From Cetorhinus maximus (taxonomy: Eukaryota): a stretch of DNA of 64,000 nucleotides. The first letter of the stretch is position 1, and every line of letters begins with the position of its first letter. Below are positions 26,165 to 38,702 of this stretch, piece after piece. The DNA is taken from contig NC_135902.1 of NCBI RefSeq assembly GCF_964194155.1, positions 21,018,001-21,082,000 of the forward strand. The letters are read 5' to 3'. A program made the position numbers and the translations under genes. Below the pieces are notes generated by a model. The model saw only the letters and a program-made list of their open reading frames with translations, ran no database searches and was not told the DNA's origin.

Positions 26165-26530
26165 GTGTCAGCTTTGATATCACTCTTATCTCTGAGTTAG
26201 CACGTTGTGTGTTCAAGTCTCACTCCAGAGACTTCAGAACAAAAATCGAGGCTGACACACCAGTGCTGCTCTGTTGGAGATGCTGTCTTTTGGATGAGAC
26301 GTTAAACCAAGTCTGCTTTCTCAGGTGGCTGTAAAAGATCTTGTGGTACTTGTTCGTAAAAAATCAGGGGGGGACTTCTCCTCAGCAGCCTGGCTAATAT
26401 TTAGCCTCAGTCAAAATCACTAAAAAGCATATTATCTTATTATCACATTGCTGTTTGTGGGAGTTTGCTGTCTGTAAATTGGCTGCTGTGATTCCCACAT
26501 TGGTTGTAAAGCACTTTGGGATGCCCTGAG
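26165..26530 (+). mobile_element. DeuSINE-like SINE (counterpart in unit B at about 51866-52690, interrupted there by a CR1 piece)
   Basis: GTTCAAGTC-CACTCCAGAGAC head and GTCTTTTGGATGAGACGTTAAAC core. Confidence 0.7.
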
Positions 26531-27156
26531 AAAGGAAAAAGAAAGATTTGCATTTATATAGCACACTTCATGACCACCAGACATCTCATAGCACTTTAAA
26601 GCCAATAAAATAGTTTTTGAAGTGTAATCACTGTGGTAACATAGGAAAGGTTGCGAAAGTTGCTTTGTGAATGAAAGATTTTCTTTTTTAACTCCTTGAT
26701 CAAATCTCTTAACATTCTCTAAGGAGAACAGTCCCAGCTTTTGCAGTCTCTCTGCATAACTGAAGTCCTTCATTCCTGGTATAATTCTAGTAAATCTCTT
26801 AATTATATTCTGTCCAAGACCATGACTCCCTTCCTAAAGTGATGTGCCCACAATTGATCACAGGACTCCAGCTGAGGCCTAACCAGTGTTTTATAAAGAT
26901 TTAGTATAACTTTCTTGCTTTGGTACTCTCTGCCTCTGTTTATAAAGCCAAAGATCCCATAAGTTTCTTAGCAACCTTCTCAATTTTTATTCCACCTTCA
27001 AGTATTTGTGTATGTGCATCCCAGACCTCTCTGTTCCAGCATCCCCTTTCAAGTTTATATCGCCTCTCCTGATTCTTTGTACCAAATTGTATCTCTTCAC
27101 ACATCTCTGCATTAAAATCCACCTGCCACGCATCTGCCTATTTCATCAGTCTGTGT

Positions 27157-30100
27157 CAGGGGTGGGCAAACTTACTTAAGAGCAGCGCACGAGAATGTTC
27201 ACATATTCGAGAGCCGCAAGACATGGACAAACTTTACACAGGCTAATTGCTCCTAGTAGTAAGGCCTTGTGGGTCTCCATCCTGGCTGTAAGTCTTTGAA
27301 AATCTGGCTGATGTATTGTCAAGGCTCTATGAAGAAGCTCTGTCAGGTGTTGATTTGCAAGGACTGCAAGGTGTTTCGATTTTACAAACTTCAATACGGA
27401 GTACAGCGATTCACAGCAGTATGTTGTACTGAATCATGAACGGGTTTACAAAAAATGGTGAAGCAGGATCTCAACTTCTGCAAGTCATCAAACCTGGCTT
27501 GAAAATGATCAAACAATCCTCGTAATTTATCCCTGTGTTCTTCGAGTTTGTGACCTTTTGCTTCAAATCAGGGAACATGTTTACCCTCCTTTTGACATGG
27601 GGAAAGTGGTTTAAGTTTCTTGACAAGTATATCTCTTTGCAGAAGCCTTACTTTATTCTGGAAACTGAAAACTGTCTAAGGTCAGAAATAACCTTATCCT
27701 TCACCTGGAGTGTCAAATTGAGAGTTTGTAGATGCTGCATAATATCAGTGAAAAACATCAAACCCTGCATCCATTCGTTATCTTCCAGCTGTGGATAGGA
27801 TCTTTTCTTCAACAAAAATAATGATTGGCTCCAACAGTTCCACAAACCTATTCAAGATATTGCTGGTTGACAACCTCCTCACAATGCAGTAGAAAGGGAC
27901 TTCGTCAGATTTGTCTTTGAGATCCAGCTGTTCAGTAAAATTTTTGAACTGTCGGTGAGTCTTCCCATTTGAGCGGATGAAATTGACAAAGACTGTTTTC
28001 ACAACATTTTTGTATTTGAAGTATCTGGCTGCTAGATGTTCACGATAAATGCTGCAATGAATAGGGAGAAACTCTGGAAATTTGGGAGCATTTTTCAAGA
28101 GTGCAATTAGGTCTACATGTTTCCCCAACATTGAAGATGCTCCATCCGTTGCAACACTGACAAGTTTATCTAGTGATACTTTGGCATTTCTCAACGTTCT
28201 GTCAAGTGTATCTTTTATTTCAACACCACGAGTTGTTTCTTTTAGCGCCACTAAGTCCAACATTTCTTCTTTCACAAATACATCTGAGGAAACATAACAA
28301 ACAAATGTCGCCAGTTGTGGGTTGTCTTGTAAGTCTGTGGATTTATCAAGAACTAAGCTGAATGCTAACGAATTGCATCTTGCTTGCAACACCAGCACTG
28401 ATCTAGGAGATGCACCTCTCCGTAGTATGGTGTGAAATTGGAATTTGTGTTATTAGTCACTGAAGTTTTGTGTTCTTTGGATCTAAAACTGCAACAACCT
28501 CAGCAATATTCTTCTTATCAAATTCTCCATCAGAGTATGGGCGTTTAGCACGAGCACAATTCCATGCCATAACAAAGCTAGCTTCGGTTGTTGTGTCAGC
28601 TTCCTTATTGAACATTGAGAGTAGTGTCTGCTGACTATTTTGGGATGATTTTAAGATGGTTAACTTGTTTTTCTGTAATTCTGATTTAGGAGGATAGTCA
28701 GATGAAAAGTTTTGTGATTTGTTTCGTAGTGGCATTTCAAGTTACTGGCTTTATAGTGAGTGAGTGATGCATTGCAGATAAGGTATATAGGTTTCCCACC
28801 TTTAACGGTGAATGTAAAATCTTCCTCCCATTCTGGCTTAAAACTTCTGTTTTCATCTTCATACTTTTGTTTCTTACAATTTTGACAATGTCATTTTCGT
28901 TCAGGAAGTTTACACGGGGTTAACAGTTTTTTTCCTCCTTAACCTTCCAGGCTTCAGAAAATGGCCACTGAGAGTCACTTGGGGAAACTACACAAGAAAT
29001 CTCGCGACAATGTTGGAACGAATCGGTAAATAGGGGAATAGGAAATCGTGAGATTTCTTTTATAGTTCCCCCTTGGTCCTCCATAGGGCCACGTGAGTCT
29101 GTGATACGAGTGTATTTAACAACAAAGGATGTTGTTTTGGTCATTTCTGTTCGGACTCACTACACAATCTTCAAATGTTACATGGTTGGTGAAGTGAGCC
29201 CTGTAAACTCAAGAGAACTTCAAAATACACCTTTTTTTAAAAAAAAACTTTTAATAGGTGCCCTGGTAACTTCTCTTTGCCACGGATTTAAAAAAAAACA
29301 TCTTTGGAACTGAATCTGGAATTTTTTTGTTTGACATTAAATTTGAAACAAGCAGCAATGAAAGCACCCAGAAGTGTTTATTTTAAAATGGAATTTTATA
29401 ATAAAAATTGGGTTCCTCCTTTCTTTGATATTGTCAGGGGCAATAAAAATAGAAAAACCAAAAAGGTCCAATTATTAATCTGGCCTCTGTCATCTGCCCT
29501 CAGGGTGAGCAGGTAAGAGTAAGGTGGAATGGATGGAATGTTAAAAGTTAAGTGACTGGCAACAGAGCAAGAGGAAAAATTTCCATTTTCAATATGGTCA
29601 AAACACCCGGCCAAATTTTAAGTATCAAACATTCACTCCCTGTGAACAAACCCTTTCTAATCCCCCTCCCTTGCCTGTAAAAGCCCCCCTCCACCTACCC
29701 CAACGAGCAAATTGCTTCCCAGCTATCTAATTCTGTACTCAAAGTCTAATTTCCTCTCCCCATGAACAGACCCCTGTCTAAATACCCCCTCCCATGAACA
29801 GACCCCCCCTATCCAAGAACTCCCTGAGAACAGATGCTGAGCTAGACTTTGACTTAGTGTAATCATGCAACCTGGGTGTTTGTGAACCAACTGTCCAGAA
29901 AATGTGAAGAAACAGCTAGAAACATGGAGAGAAGATAGAGATAGAGTTGCCTGCGGGTCTTTTACCTCCAAGAATCACCCAGACCCTGATCCTTGTAAAA
30001 ATTCTACAGACTGCCTTAAACATAGATGACTCCCCTCTGTCCCTCTCCCATTCACTGCCGCCCACCGACCCTCCCCACCCCCACGCCACCCGTACCCACT

Positions 30101-31211
30101 CAGTCCACGATTGGTGTTGTTTGTACATTAAATATTAACAGCGAACCTTCCACTTGTAGCACAGTTCGTCTCTCTCTCTCTCTTTCCTCCCCTCCCTCTC
30201 TCTCTTTTCCCCCCCCTCCCTCTCGCTCTCTTTTCCCCCCCCTCCCTCTCTCGCTCTCTTTTCCCTTCTCACTCTCTTTCCCCCCTCCCCCATCTTAAAC
30301 AGAGTAGCACATTAAGAGCTCAGGATACACGCTCTCAATTACGCATTCTCCTCATAACATTTCAATAGAGAAAAAAAACTCAGTTATAAGCTAGAGGCTT
30401 AAAAGTTTGAGACACAGTTGCGTCCACCTTTATGTAATATCTCACTCTGTGTTTCTTGTTATCTCTCTCTTTGTATCCTGTCTCTCAGTTCCTATCTCTC
30501 CCCTGTTCTTTCTCGTTCTCTCCATTCCTATCTCATTTGCTTCTTTTTAACAAATTGTCATGTTTTTAATTTGTCATGTTTTTAATTTGTCATGTTTTTA
30601 ATTAATAGAGGGAGTTAGAGAGTGGGCTAAAGGGGGATAGAGAGACAGAAACAAATCCCCCCACCCCTCAGATCCTCAGTAAACTGAATTCAAAAGGCCA
30701 CCATATATCTCATTTAGCCTTTACACAGATTCAGGACATTAATTTAAAGCCCTTCCAAGTGTTTTGAGGATATCTCCCCTTGCTCTGTTGTCCATTGCTT
30801 CACCTTCCATCCATTCCACTTCACTCTTACCTGCTCACCCTGAGGGCAGGTGACAGAGGCCAGATGTCCGCTCGTGTTCATCCTAAATCTATTTCTGTCC
30901 TCCTCTTTTATCTATTTTCTTCAAATGAAGGCTTTGTTTGCTTTCACAATTCAGCTCACTTGCTTTGCATTAAATAAATATAAATATGTTGGGAAAAGTT
31001 ATACTATCTGCTATTTAACAGCGTGTCTCTTTCTTTCTATCTCAATCTGTCTGTATTGTGTTGTGAATGGAATAGCTGGGATTTTTAATCAAAGTGTTAA
31101 AGCTCCCCTTCAGTTTGATGTTACCTCCTCCAAAGCGCTATTAGCCAGCTATGCAGCACAGGGGAAGAGCTGCACTCTATGGATTGGCAAACTGCATTTT
31201 GGCCACTTCTG
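27157..31211 (-). mobile_element. hAT DNA transposon (Charlie/SPIN/GTF2IRD2-like transposase pseudogene at about 27250-28895) in intron 1 of WBP2-like copy A
   Basis: TIR CAGGGGTGGGCAAACT vs ATTTTGGCCACTTCTG (12/16); 8-bp TSD GTCTGTGT/GGCTATGT (6/8); peptides ENRSFKPEWEEDF...LIC...SNLKCHYETNH, FSLVLDKSTD, SVATDGASSMLG and IHCSIYREHL; absent from unit B. Confidence 0.88.
30168..30293 (+). repeat. Pyrimidine-rich (CT/CCCT) low-complexity tract
   Basis: Almost pure C/T run. Confidence 0.8.
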
Positions 31212-32399
31212 GGCTATGTCCTCTTGATGTCTGTTATCATTTCCCCCCAACTGTTTACCACGTTTTCGAGTTGTATCATCAGTGAACTAAATTATTACTT
31301 CCATACCCAATAGTCTGCCCAATACAAAGAAAGTGTAGAGGGCTTTTTGCTCACTGTTATTAAAGAGTTAATTGGACAGCAGTCTCTGGCAGAAGCACAT
31401 TCACATTTAAATGTGGAAATTAGAAGTTGTTGTTGCAAGAGATGCCACAGGGTGTGCTCATCAGTCCTCACTAATAGACTCAGCATTTTAAGACATGCAG
31501 TGGTGTGAACTTGGGTAATGCCCGCCAGTTTTCCCCTAAAGATGAAATTAAAAAGGCTGTTGCATTCAGGAATGAGTGAATTTTTAATGATGTAACAAAG
31601 AATCTCTCTAGCCCTCAAAATGTAATTTTATAAGTGTGGAGTCCAATTCCTTCAGAAGATTTGTTGAAGATTTAAAAAAAAGATTTAAATGATATTTACC
31701 TTTTTTGTCTGTCTCTCAATCACATCTGTCTTCCCTGATCTTTATTCTGCTTCTTGTACATGATTTAAATCTAATTTATGTTCCGGCTTTATACTTCCTA
31801 GTTTAGACTCTGCATGGCTTTGTGAGGATTCTTCAATCTGATTGATTGAGCAGCCTTGCTGTTGCTTGCCCTGCTCACAAATGCCCTGTTGTGGATTAGA
31901 GTTTGTCTCTGCTCAAAACCTCACTAAAACGTGGGTAGTGTTGGCAAGGTGAGCAATCTCCTTTCCCGGGTGGCCTATGAATCCAAACTCCCCTTTTAAT
32001 TTTTATTCAATCCAATATCACTACTGCTTCCTCCTACTTTGGCAGCATCGTCTTCGCTAGTGAAAACAATGCCTCATTTAGTGTCTCAACCATACCCTCT
32101 GTCCACAAAGCCTTTTTGGTTCTTAATTACCCCCACCCTTCTTTAGCTACATTTTTACCATTTATATGTTTATAAAAGACTTTTGGGTTCCCTTTTACAT
32201 TAACCTTTTTACATTAACCTTTTTACATTAATCCGTTCTTATACTCTTTTAGCCCCTCATTCCTTTTTTTAAGACCTCCTCTATTTTCTACATTCAGTTT
32301 AGTTCTCTAATGTATTGAGAACCTTACATTTTCTGTTTATTATATTAATCTATAATTACAGAATTTTACATATATTAATTATTTATATTCATTATATTA

Positions 32400-33960
32400 T
32401 TAATAATGACTACATGGTATATGCAGCACCGAAATAGGCCATTCTGCCCAATCAGTTCATGCTAGCTTTTATGCTCCATTTGAGCCTCCTCTTATCCTTC
32501 CTCATCTATCAGTACAATTCTCTATTCTCTTCTCCCTCAAATGTTTGTCTTGCTTCTCTTTAAATGAATCTGCACTATTTACCTCAACCACTCCCAGTGG
32601 TAGCAAGTTCCGCATTCTCACCACTGTTAGGGAAGTCAGAAGAAACATCTTTATGCAAATTGATTTCTTGGTGATTATCTTCTATTGGTAATTCCTAGTT
32701 TTGCCCTTCCCCATAAGTGGAAACACTCTGTGTCTATCCTGTCAAAATATCTCAACTTCAAGGACCTCTATTAGATCACCCCTCATCCTTCTTATTTCAA
32801 GAAAAAAGAGACCCAACCTGTTCATCCTTTCCTGATGGATATAAGTTTGCATTTATAGTATCATCCTAATAAATCTTTCTTGCACCCTCTTCAATGATTT
32901 TGTATGCTTTTTATAATACGACAACAAAAGCTGTTCACAGTATTCCAACTGTAGTCTAACCAAGTTCAATACAGGTTTAGCATAACTTCTCTACTTTTCC
33001 ATTCTATCCTTCTAGAAATAAACCCTAGTGTTTGGTTTATAAGAAAGCAAATAGGAGCATGGGTAGGCCATTAAGCCGTTCAAGCCTGCTCTGACATTCA
33101 ATTAGATCATGGCTGATCTTGCATCTTGCCTTCACCTTCCTGCACTAACCCCATATAGCTTGATTTTCTAATATTCTAAAAAAATGTAGTGGTCTCTGAC
33201 ATGGATATACTTAACAACTGAGCATCCACACCTCTCTCTGGTAGAAAATTCCGAAGGCTCAAAACCCTTTGAGTGAATAAATTTCTCTCTTCTCAGTCCT
33301 AAAAAGCTGACCTTTATTCTGAGATTATGGCCCCTATTTCTAAACGCTTCAGCCAGGGGAACCGTCCTCCTAGTACCTACCCTGTCAAGCCCCTTAAGAA
33401 AGTTATATGTTACAATAAGATCACCTTTCCATTCTGCTAAACTCTAGGGAATATAAACTTAGTCGACTCACTTGCTCATGATAGGACAATGGCCACATCC
33501 CAGAAGTCAGTATCATGAACCTTCGTTGAACACTTTCTAAAACAAATATATCCCCACTTTGGTAAAGAAACTGCAACTGTAAACAGTACTCCAATTGTGC
33601 TCTCACCAAGGCCCAATACAATTGCAGTACGACTTATACTAATATTCAAACCCTTTTGTAACATACCATTTGTCTTCCTGGTCCTTTGCGGTACCTGTAT
33701 GTTAACTCCCTATGATTCATGTACAAGGACACCCAGGTCCCTCTGAATATCAACGTTTCCCAATCTCTCACTGTTTAAAAAAAATATTTATTTTATTTCT
33801 GTTTTACTAAGCAAAGTGGATAACTTAATATTTCATATTTGTTCAATGTACTTGCCCACTTGCTTAACCTGTCTATATTCTTTTGCAGCCTCTGTGTCCT
33901 CCACACAGCTTACTATCCCGCCTAGCAGCAAACCTGGATATTTCATATTTGATCTCCTCA
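32400..33960 (-). mobile_element. Cluster of CR1 LINE 3' fragments
   Basis: LVRAQLEYC...LESVQRRF peptide; repeated AGGCCATT...GCC CR1 3'-UTR motifs. Confidence 0.7.
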
Positions 33961-34729
33961 TCTAAATCAGAAAGAAAAATGAAAGACTTGCATTTATATA
34001 GCATTTTTCATGACCACTGGACATCTCAAACTGCTTCACAGACAATGAAGCACTTTTAAAGTGCAGTCACTGTTGTAATCTAGGAAATGCAGCAACCAAT
34101 TTGCACATAGCAAGTTCCGACAAACGGCAATGTGATAATAACTAGATAATTGTTTTTGTGATGTTGATTGAGGGACAAATATTGGTCAGAACAGTGGGTA
34201 TAACTCTCCTCTTCAAAATAGTGCTGTGGAATATTTTACGTCCACCTGAGAAGGTCCTCAGTTTAGTGTCTCATCAAAAGACAGCATTGCGGATAGTGCA
34301 GTATATTAATTGTGAATAGGTGAGGCCCAAGCAGGTGCCTCACTAACTCCAACCCGAAAATGGTCTGTTTATTCTTTCTCTGTTTCCTATCCATTAACCA
34401 ATCCTCAACCCCTGCTAATATACTACCCCAATCCCTTTTGTTAAGGCCTTATTAACTTCCATCACAACTTAGTGATTTGTGTATCTGTACTCTCAAATCC
34501 CTTTGCTCCTCGAGTGGTTAGGATCTTGAACGCATTGCCTGAAAGTGGCAGATTCAATCGTGGCTTTCAAAAGGAAATTCAACAAGCAACTAAAGATGGA
34601 AAATTTGCAGAGTGATGAGAAAAGAGAAGGAAAGGGGAGTGGGACTAGCTAAGTTGCTCATGCACAGAGCCGGTATGGACATGTTGAGCTGAATGGCCTC
34701 ATCCTGTATTGTAAACATTCTGATTCCAT

Positions 34730-35385
34730 ATCTCCAGCGGCAGCATGGAAGGAGCAAGACATATAAGTTAAGAGCCACGGTCACCTTGACATCCCCAGTC
34801 AATGCTGCCCTTGCCCTGCTTTGAGGTCGCAGTTGTGGCTGCAGCAGATGGCAAATTTCAGTCATCACCTCTTTTGTGACGTGAAGCCGTCTCGAGCATT
34901 GGTCCATGCTGAAGTTGAGGTAAGAGAATTGCTCCTTAAACACCCTCTGTGGATATGGCCCACTACTGAGAGCCTTGCTCTCTCCTTCTCCTCCTCCTCC
35001 CTCTTTTAGTGGCTTGTCCTGCTCTGTATGTCTCTCTGTTCATTCAGTTATGCTGAATTCCTAGAGGAAGGCCAACCAGGCACCCATGTCTGCAAGCAAC
35101 CTGTTTCAACACAAGCTTTTAAATACATGAAATTTCAGTACCAGCTGGACCATTCCTCTAGACAATTCAAACTTTGCCAAGTATAGGAAAACTGCAACAG
35201 CCAGAAGAGCAACTAACCTATAAGTAGTTCATGATCCCTTTAAATAACGGTACTGGGAGGCCCCGCATGCCATTTAACATGCTTTCAGCATAGGCCGGAG
35301 TGTGGAGTTCAAAACTAATTGATGTCATAACCTTCCTGCTCTGCATACTGCCTGCTCTTGGTTTTTGCATGGATGCACCCAACAT
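34730..35385 (-). mobile_element. PIF/Harbinger transposase (HARBI1-like) fragment
   Basis: SYLNFSMDQCSRRLHVTKEVMTEICHLLQPQL...VKVTVALNLY resembles the Harbinger DDE nuclease N-terminal region. Confidence 0.65.
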
Positions 35386-35953
35386 TTTTTCTTGTTGGGA
35401 TGTGGTCATCACTGGCAAGACCAGAATTTATGGCCCATTCCTAATTGCTGTTGAGAAGGTGGTGGTGAGTCACCTTCAACCACTGCAGTCCATGTGGTGT
35501 AAGTACACCCACAGTGCTGTTAGGGAGAGAGTCCCATGATTTGATCCCGCGACAGTGAAGGAACGGCGATATATTTCGAAGTCGGGATGGTTTGTGACTT
35601 GGAGGGGAACTTACAGGTGGTGTTCCCATGCATCTGCTGCCCTTATCCTTCTAGGTGGTAGAAGTCGTGGGTTTGGAAGGTGCTGTGGAAGGAGCCTTGA
35701 TGATTTGCCGCAGAACATCTTATAGACAATACTCACTGCTGTCATGGTGTGCTGGTAGCGGATGCTTAAGGTGGTTGATGGGGTGCTGAACAAGCAGGAT
35801 GCTTTGTCCTGGATGGTGTTGTGTTTTTGGAGCTTCACTCAACCAGGCAAGCAGAGAGTATCCCATCAAGCCCCTGATGTGTGCCTTGTAGATGGTGGAC
35901 AGGCTTTGGAGAGTCAAGAGGTGAGTTACTTGTAGAACTCTCCGCTCTTGTGT

Positions 35954-35989
35954 GTATATATATATATATTATATATATTTATATATATA
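35954..35989. repeat. (TA)n microsatellite
   Basis: Imperfect TA run. Confidence 0.8.
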
Positions 35990-36049
35990 GTTGTCTCGCT
36001 AAGTCTTTGATAAATGATAACCCCAATTTCAAACAGTATCTGTTTCCCT

Positions 36050-36225
36050 GTCAAAAACAGAACCAGAAATACCTGGAAAAACTCAGCAGGTCTGGCAGCA
36101 TCGGCGGAGAAGAGCACAGTTGACGTTTCGAGTCCTCATGACCCTTCAACAGAACTAAGTAAAAATAGGAAAGGGGTGAAATAGATGTTTTGGATTTCCA
36201 GCATCCGCAGTTTTTTGTTTTTATC
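36050..36225 (-). mobile_element. Penelope-derived terminal fragment with a hammerhead-like motif
   Basis: CTCAGCAGGTCTGGCAGCATC...GTTGACGTTTCGAGTC family; other copies at about 2931, 18500, 18860, 23580 and 50250. Confidence 0.65.
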
Positions 36226-36806
36226 TCTGTTTCCCTGTGCTCCTCCCCCTATTCCACCTCTGTATCTTTTGATCTGCAGCCACTGATAGATATTTAAGGG
36301 GTAGGCTTCTTCAATCTTCATTACCAGCAAATGTGTCAGAAATCAAAACACAAGATTCCCTCAACAGTTGTCACAGAATAACACTGAGTAATGCACACCA
36401 GCAGGTGCCAGGCACTTTTTCAAGTGTGTGCTGGTCTCAGCCAGGGTGCTATAATAGTTCACAGCTTCATAACATTGTGTAAAAAGGATTCTCCTACTCT
36501 CTGCCCCAAAAACCATATTTAAATCTCTGCCCCTTCAATCATTCCTGGTTGCTCTCCAGTGACTCCTGCCAGAAAGTACATGGATGGATAGCAGGTACCC
36601 AATAGCCCACTGGCGTTCACTATCTAGGCTGTTGGCCTGAATGAGGTAGTGGAGAAGTGCATGTGAAGCTGTCCTCTAAACCTCATGAGTGACAATCCCA
36701 CTCAAGGTGATCAGGGGGAATCCGCTCAGTTACAGGGCAGTGTAAGAGGTAGGTGCCCCTATTTGAATGTGATGTAACATTGCACCCCTGTTTCCTGTGC
36801 TTGCAG

Positions 36807-36915
36807 CTTGCTGATGTTTTACGACCATGTAGAGCTGTCATTCAGTCATGGGAACGCCATATTGGAGGCTTTCAAAGGCTCAAGGAAGGGAACTGTTTAC
36901 TTGATGCCATACCCA
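36807..36915 (+). pseudogene. WBP2-like copy A exon 2 (109 nt)
   Basis: TTGCAG|C...CCA|GTAAGT; YDHVELSF...[11 protein letters not shown]. Confidence 0.88.
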
Positions 36916-37429
36916 GTAAGTAACATTGCCCCTTCCACATCTGAGAAATACTGAAAAGTGCTCATGTTCATTCCTTCATTTAATAAACATATAGGCTTTT
37001 TATTTTCACGTACATCACCCAACAGTCACCACTTATCAGTATAAAAGTTAGAATGGAAATTTACCTTTCACTCCATGTACCAGGGTTCAGATCCAGACTA
37101 GATTAATGGCATGAAACTCTCCTGGCTTCTTACAGCATGGATTAGATGCAAAGTAAACCTTCTATAGTGTGAGTGTTTAATGGAACAATGCAAAGGGAAC
37201 TTTACTCTTTAACTAACCCATGCTTTACGTGCCCTGGGAATGTTTGAATAAATTGTAAATGAAAGCGTTATTCTGTATCTAACCTGTGCAGTGCCTGACT
37301 TGGGAGTGTTTGATTCTGATATTGGATAATTTATTCCTCAACAATAATGTTTTTCACCCCGAGAATTGGTTGGGGGGTGGGGGGGACATTCTGTACATTT
37401 TTGCAGTGTGATGACCTTTCACCCTGATA

Positions 37430-38345
37430 CATTACAGAAAGGAAAATTTGTAATTTTTTTAATGTTTGTGGAATCTAATTATTTTTAAGAATGTTTGAGT
37501 AAGAACTATTAAGAGTTTATATCAATTGGAAAAGGATAATTTGTAATTTTCCTGGATATTAAGAAATACTCGTCCACGTGTAACCTGGCAACCCTTGACC
37601 TGGAAGCAGTACCAAGGGGAAGAAAGTTAAAATACAGACGCTATCTGGCCAGACACTAAGGAAGAGCTATAAGCAGAGGAGCTAGAGGGTAATGGCCCAG
37701 ATGCAGACACAAAGAGAAAGGAGACAGAAAGAGGAACACAGAGAATTAGGAGAAGTGAATCACACTCAGGAAGAGGTCAACTTTTCTATTTGACAGAAAC
37801 GGAGACAGGAGCTCTCTGAGGTACTGTGCAAGCTGGCTAAGGTCTAAAACATGGAATGGCTCAGAGATGCTAAAGAGCTGGGTTTTTTTCCAAGAAGCTG
37901 CCAAACTTTGAACTGGGGTGTTATTGGTTGGTCGGTTGAAAGGGAATTCTGGAATGCTACACCATTAGGACTGTCGTAACCTGAGAGAGAGAGGGTTTGG
38001 AGAAGTGTGCCTTGCTGATGATAATTGTACCCATGAAACTCGAGGGTGAAAGTTGTCGGATAGGACTCCCGACCTATCCTGTGTGAATAAACAACTGCAT
38101 ATTGTGGAACTGTAGTGCCACATTTGTGTGGGGAGCGATGCGAATGCTTGTAGTAGTGTAAAATGTATCTTTTGTTGTATTGATTACTTAAAGTGAAGTT
38201 TTACTTTAAGCGTCATTTGCCTGTTAATTCATGTGTAATTTGTGTTGGTTCTGGTTCATGTTAAAATAAAAGCTACAAAAAGTGGAATCTTGTTGGCAAT
38301 TTCTTCATTTGGGTGTTATTCAGTAAATGTCATTATTTTTATGGT
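37430..38345 (+). mobile_element. LTR-like insertion in intron 2 of WBP2-like copy A
   Basis: Absent from the paralogous intron in B (674 vs 1646 nt); TATAA at about 37668 and AATAAA at about 38265; termini uncertain. Confidence 0.4.
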
Positions 38346-38561
38346 TCCCCTACCTGTACCCACCAGTTCTGTACCCCAGTGTTATACAATGATGGACCTA
38401 TACCCACCTGTACTATAGTCCTGGGTTACCCCCAGGATTAACACACATACTGTGTTAAAGTAACCCTGCCCCCAGCAGTGATAGAAATGTACATATGTAA
38501 CTGGATGCATTTGTTTCTCATATTCTATGCCATAATCCTCTCCTGCTCCTGTGCTTTGCAG

Positions 38562-38702
38562 GTAGTCTTTGTGTCAAAAGATAGCAGAAAGGCACTGAAA
38601 TCCTTCGTAATGCCATTTTCCCTGATGAAGGGCTGTAAGATCAAACAGCCAAAAGCTTAGGGCAAGCTACATTCAAAGGAACCATTGATGCTGAGCCAAA
38701 TG
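38562..38702 (+). pseudogene. WBP2-like copy A exon 3 (141 nt, frameshifted)
   Basis: TTTGCAG|GTA...AATG|GTATGC; 2 nt longer than the copy B exon; in-frame TAG. Confidence 0.85.

Noticed and set aside
27778-28735. Domesticated GTF2IRD2/ZBED-like gene
   Set aside because: Frameshifts and stops, mutated catalytic-region motifs, and flanking TIRs with a TSD indicate a decaying transposon.
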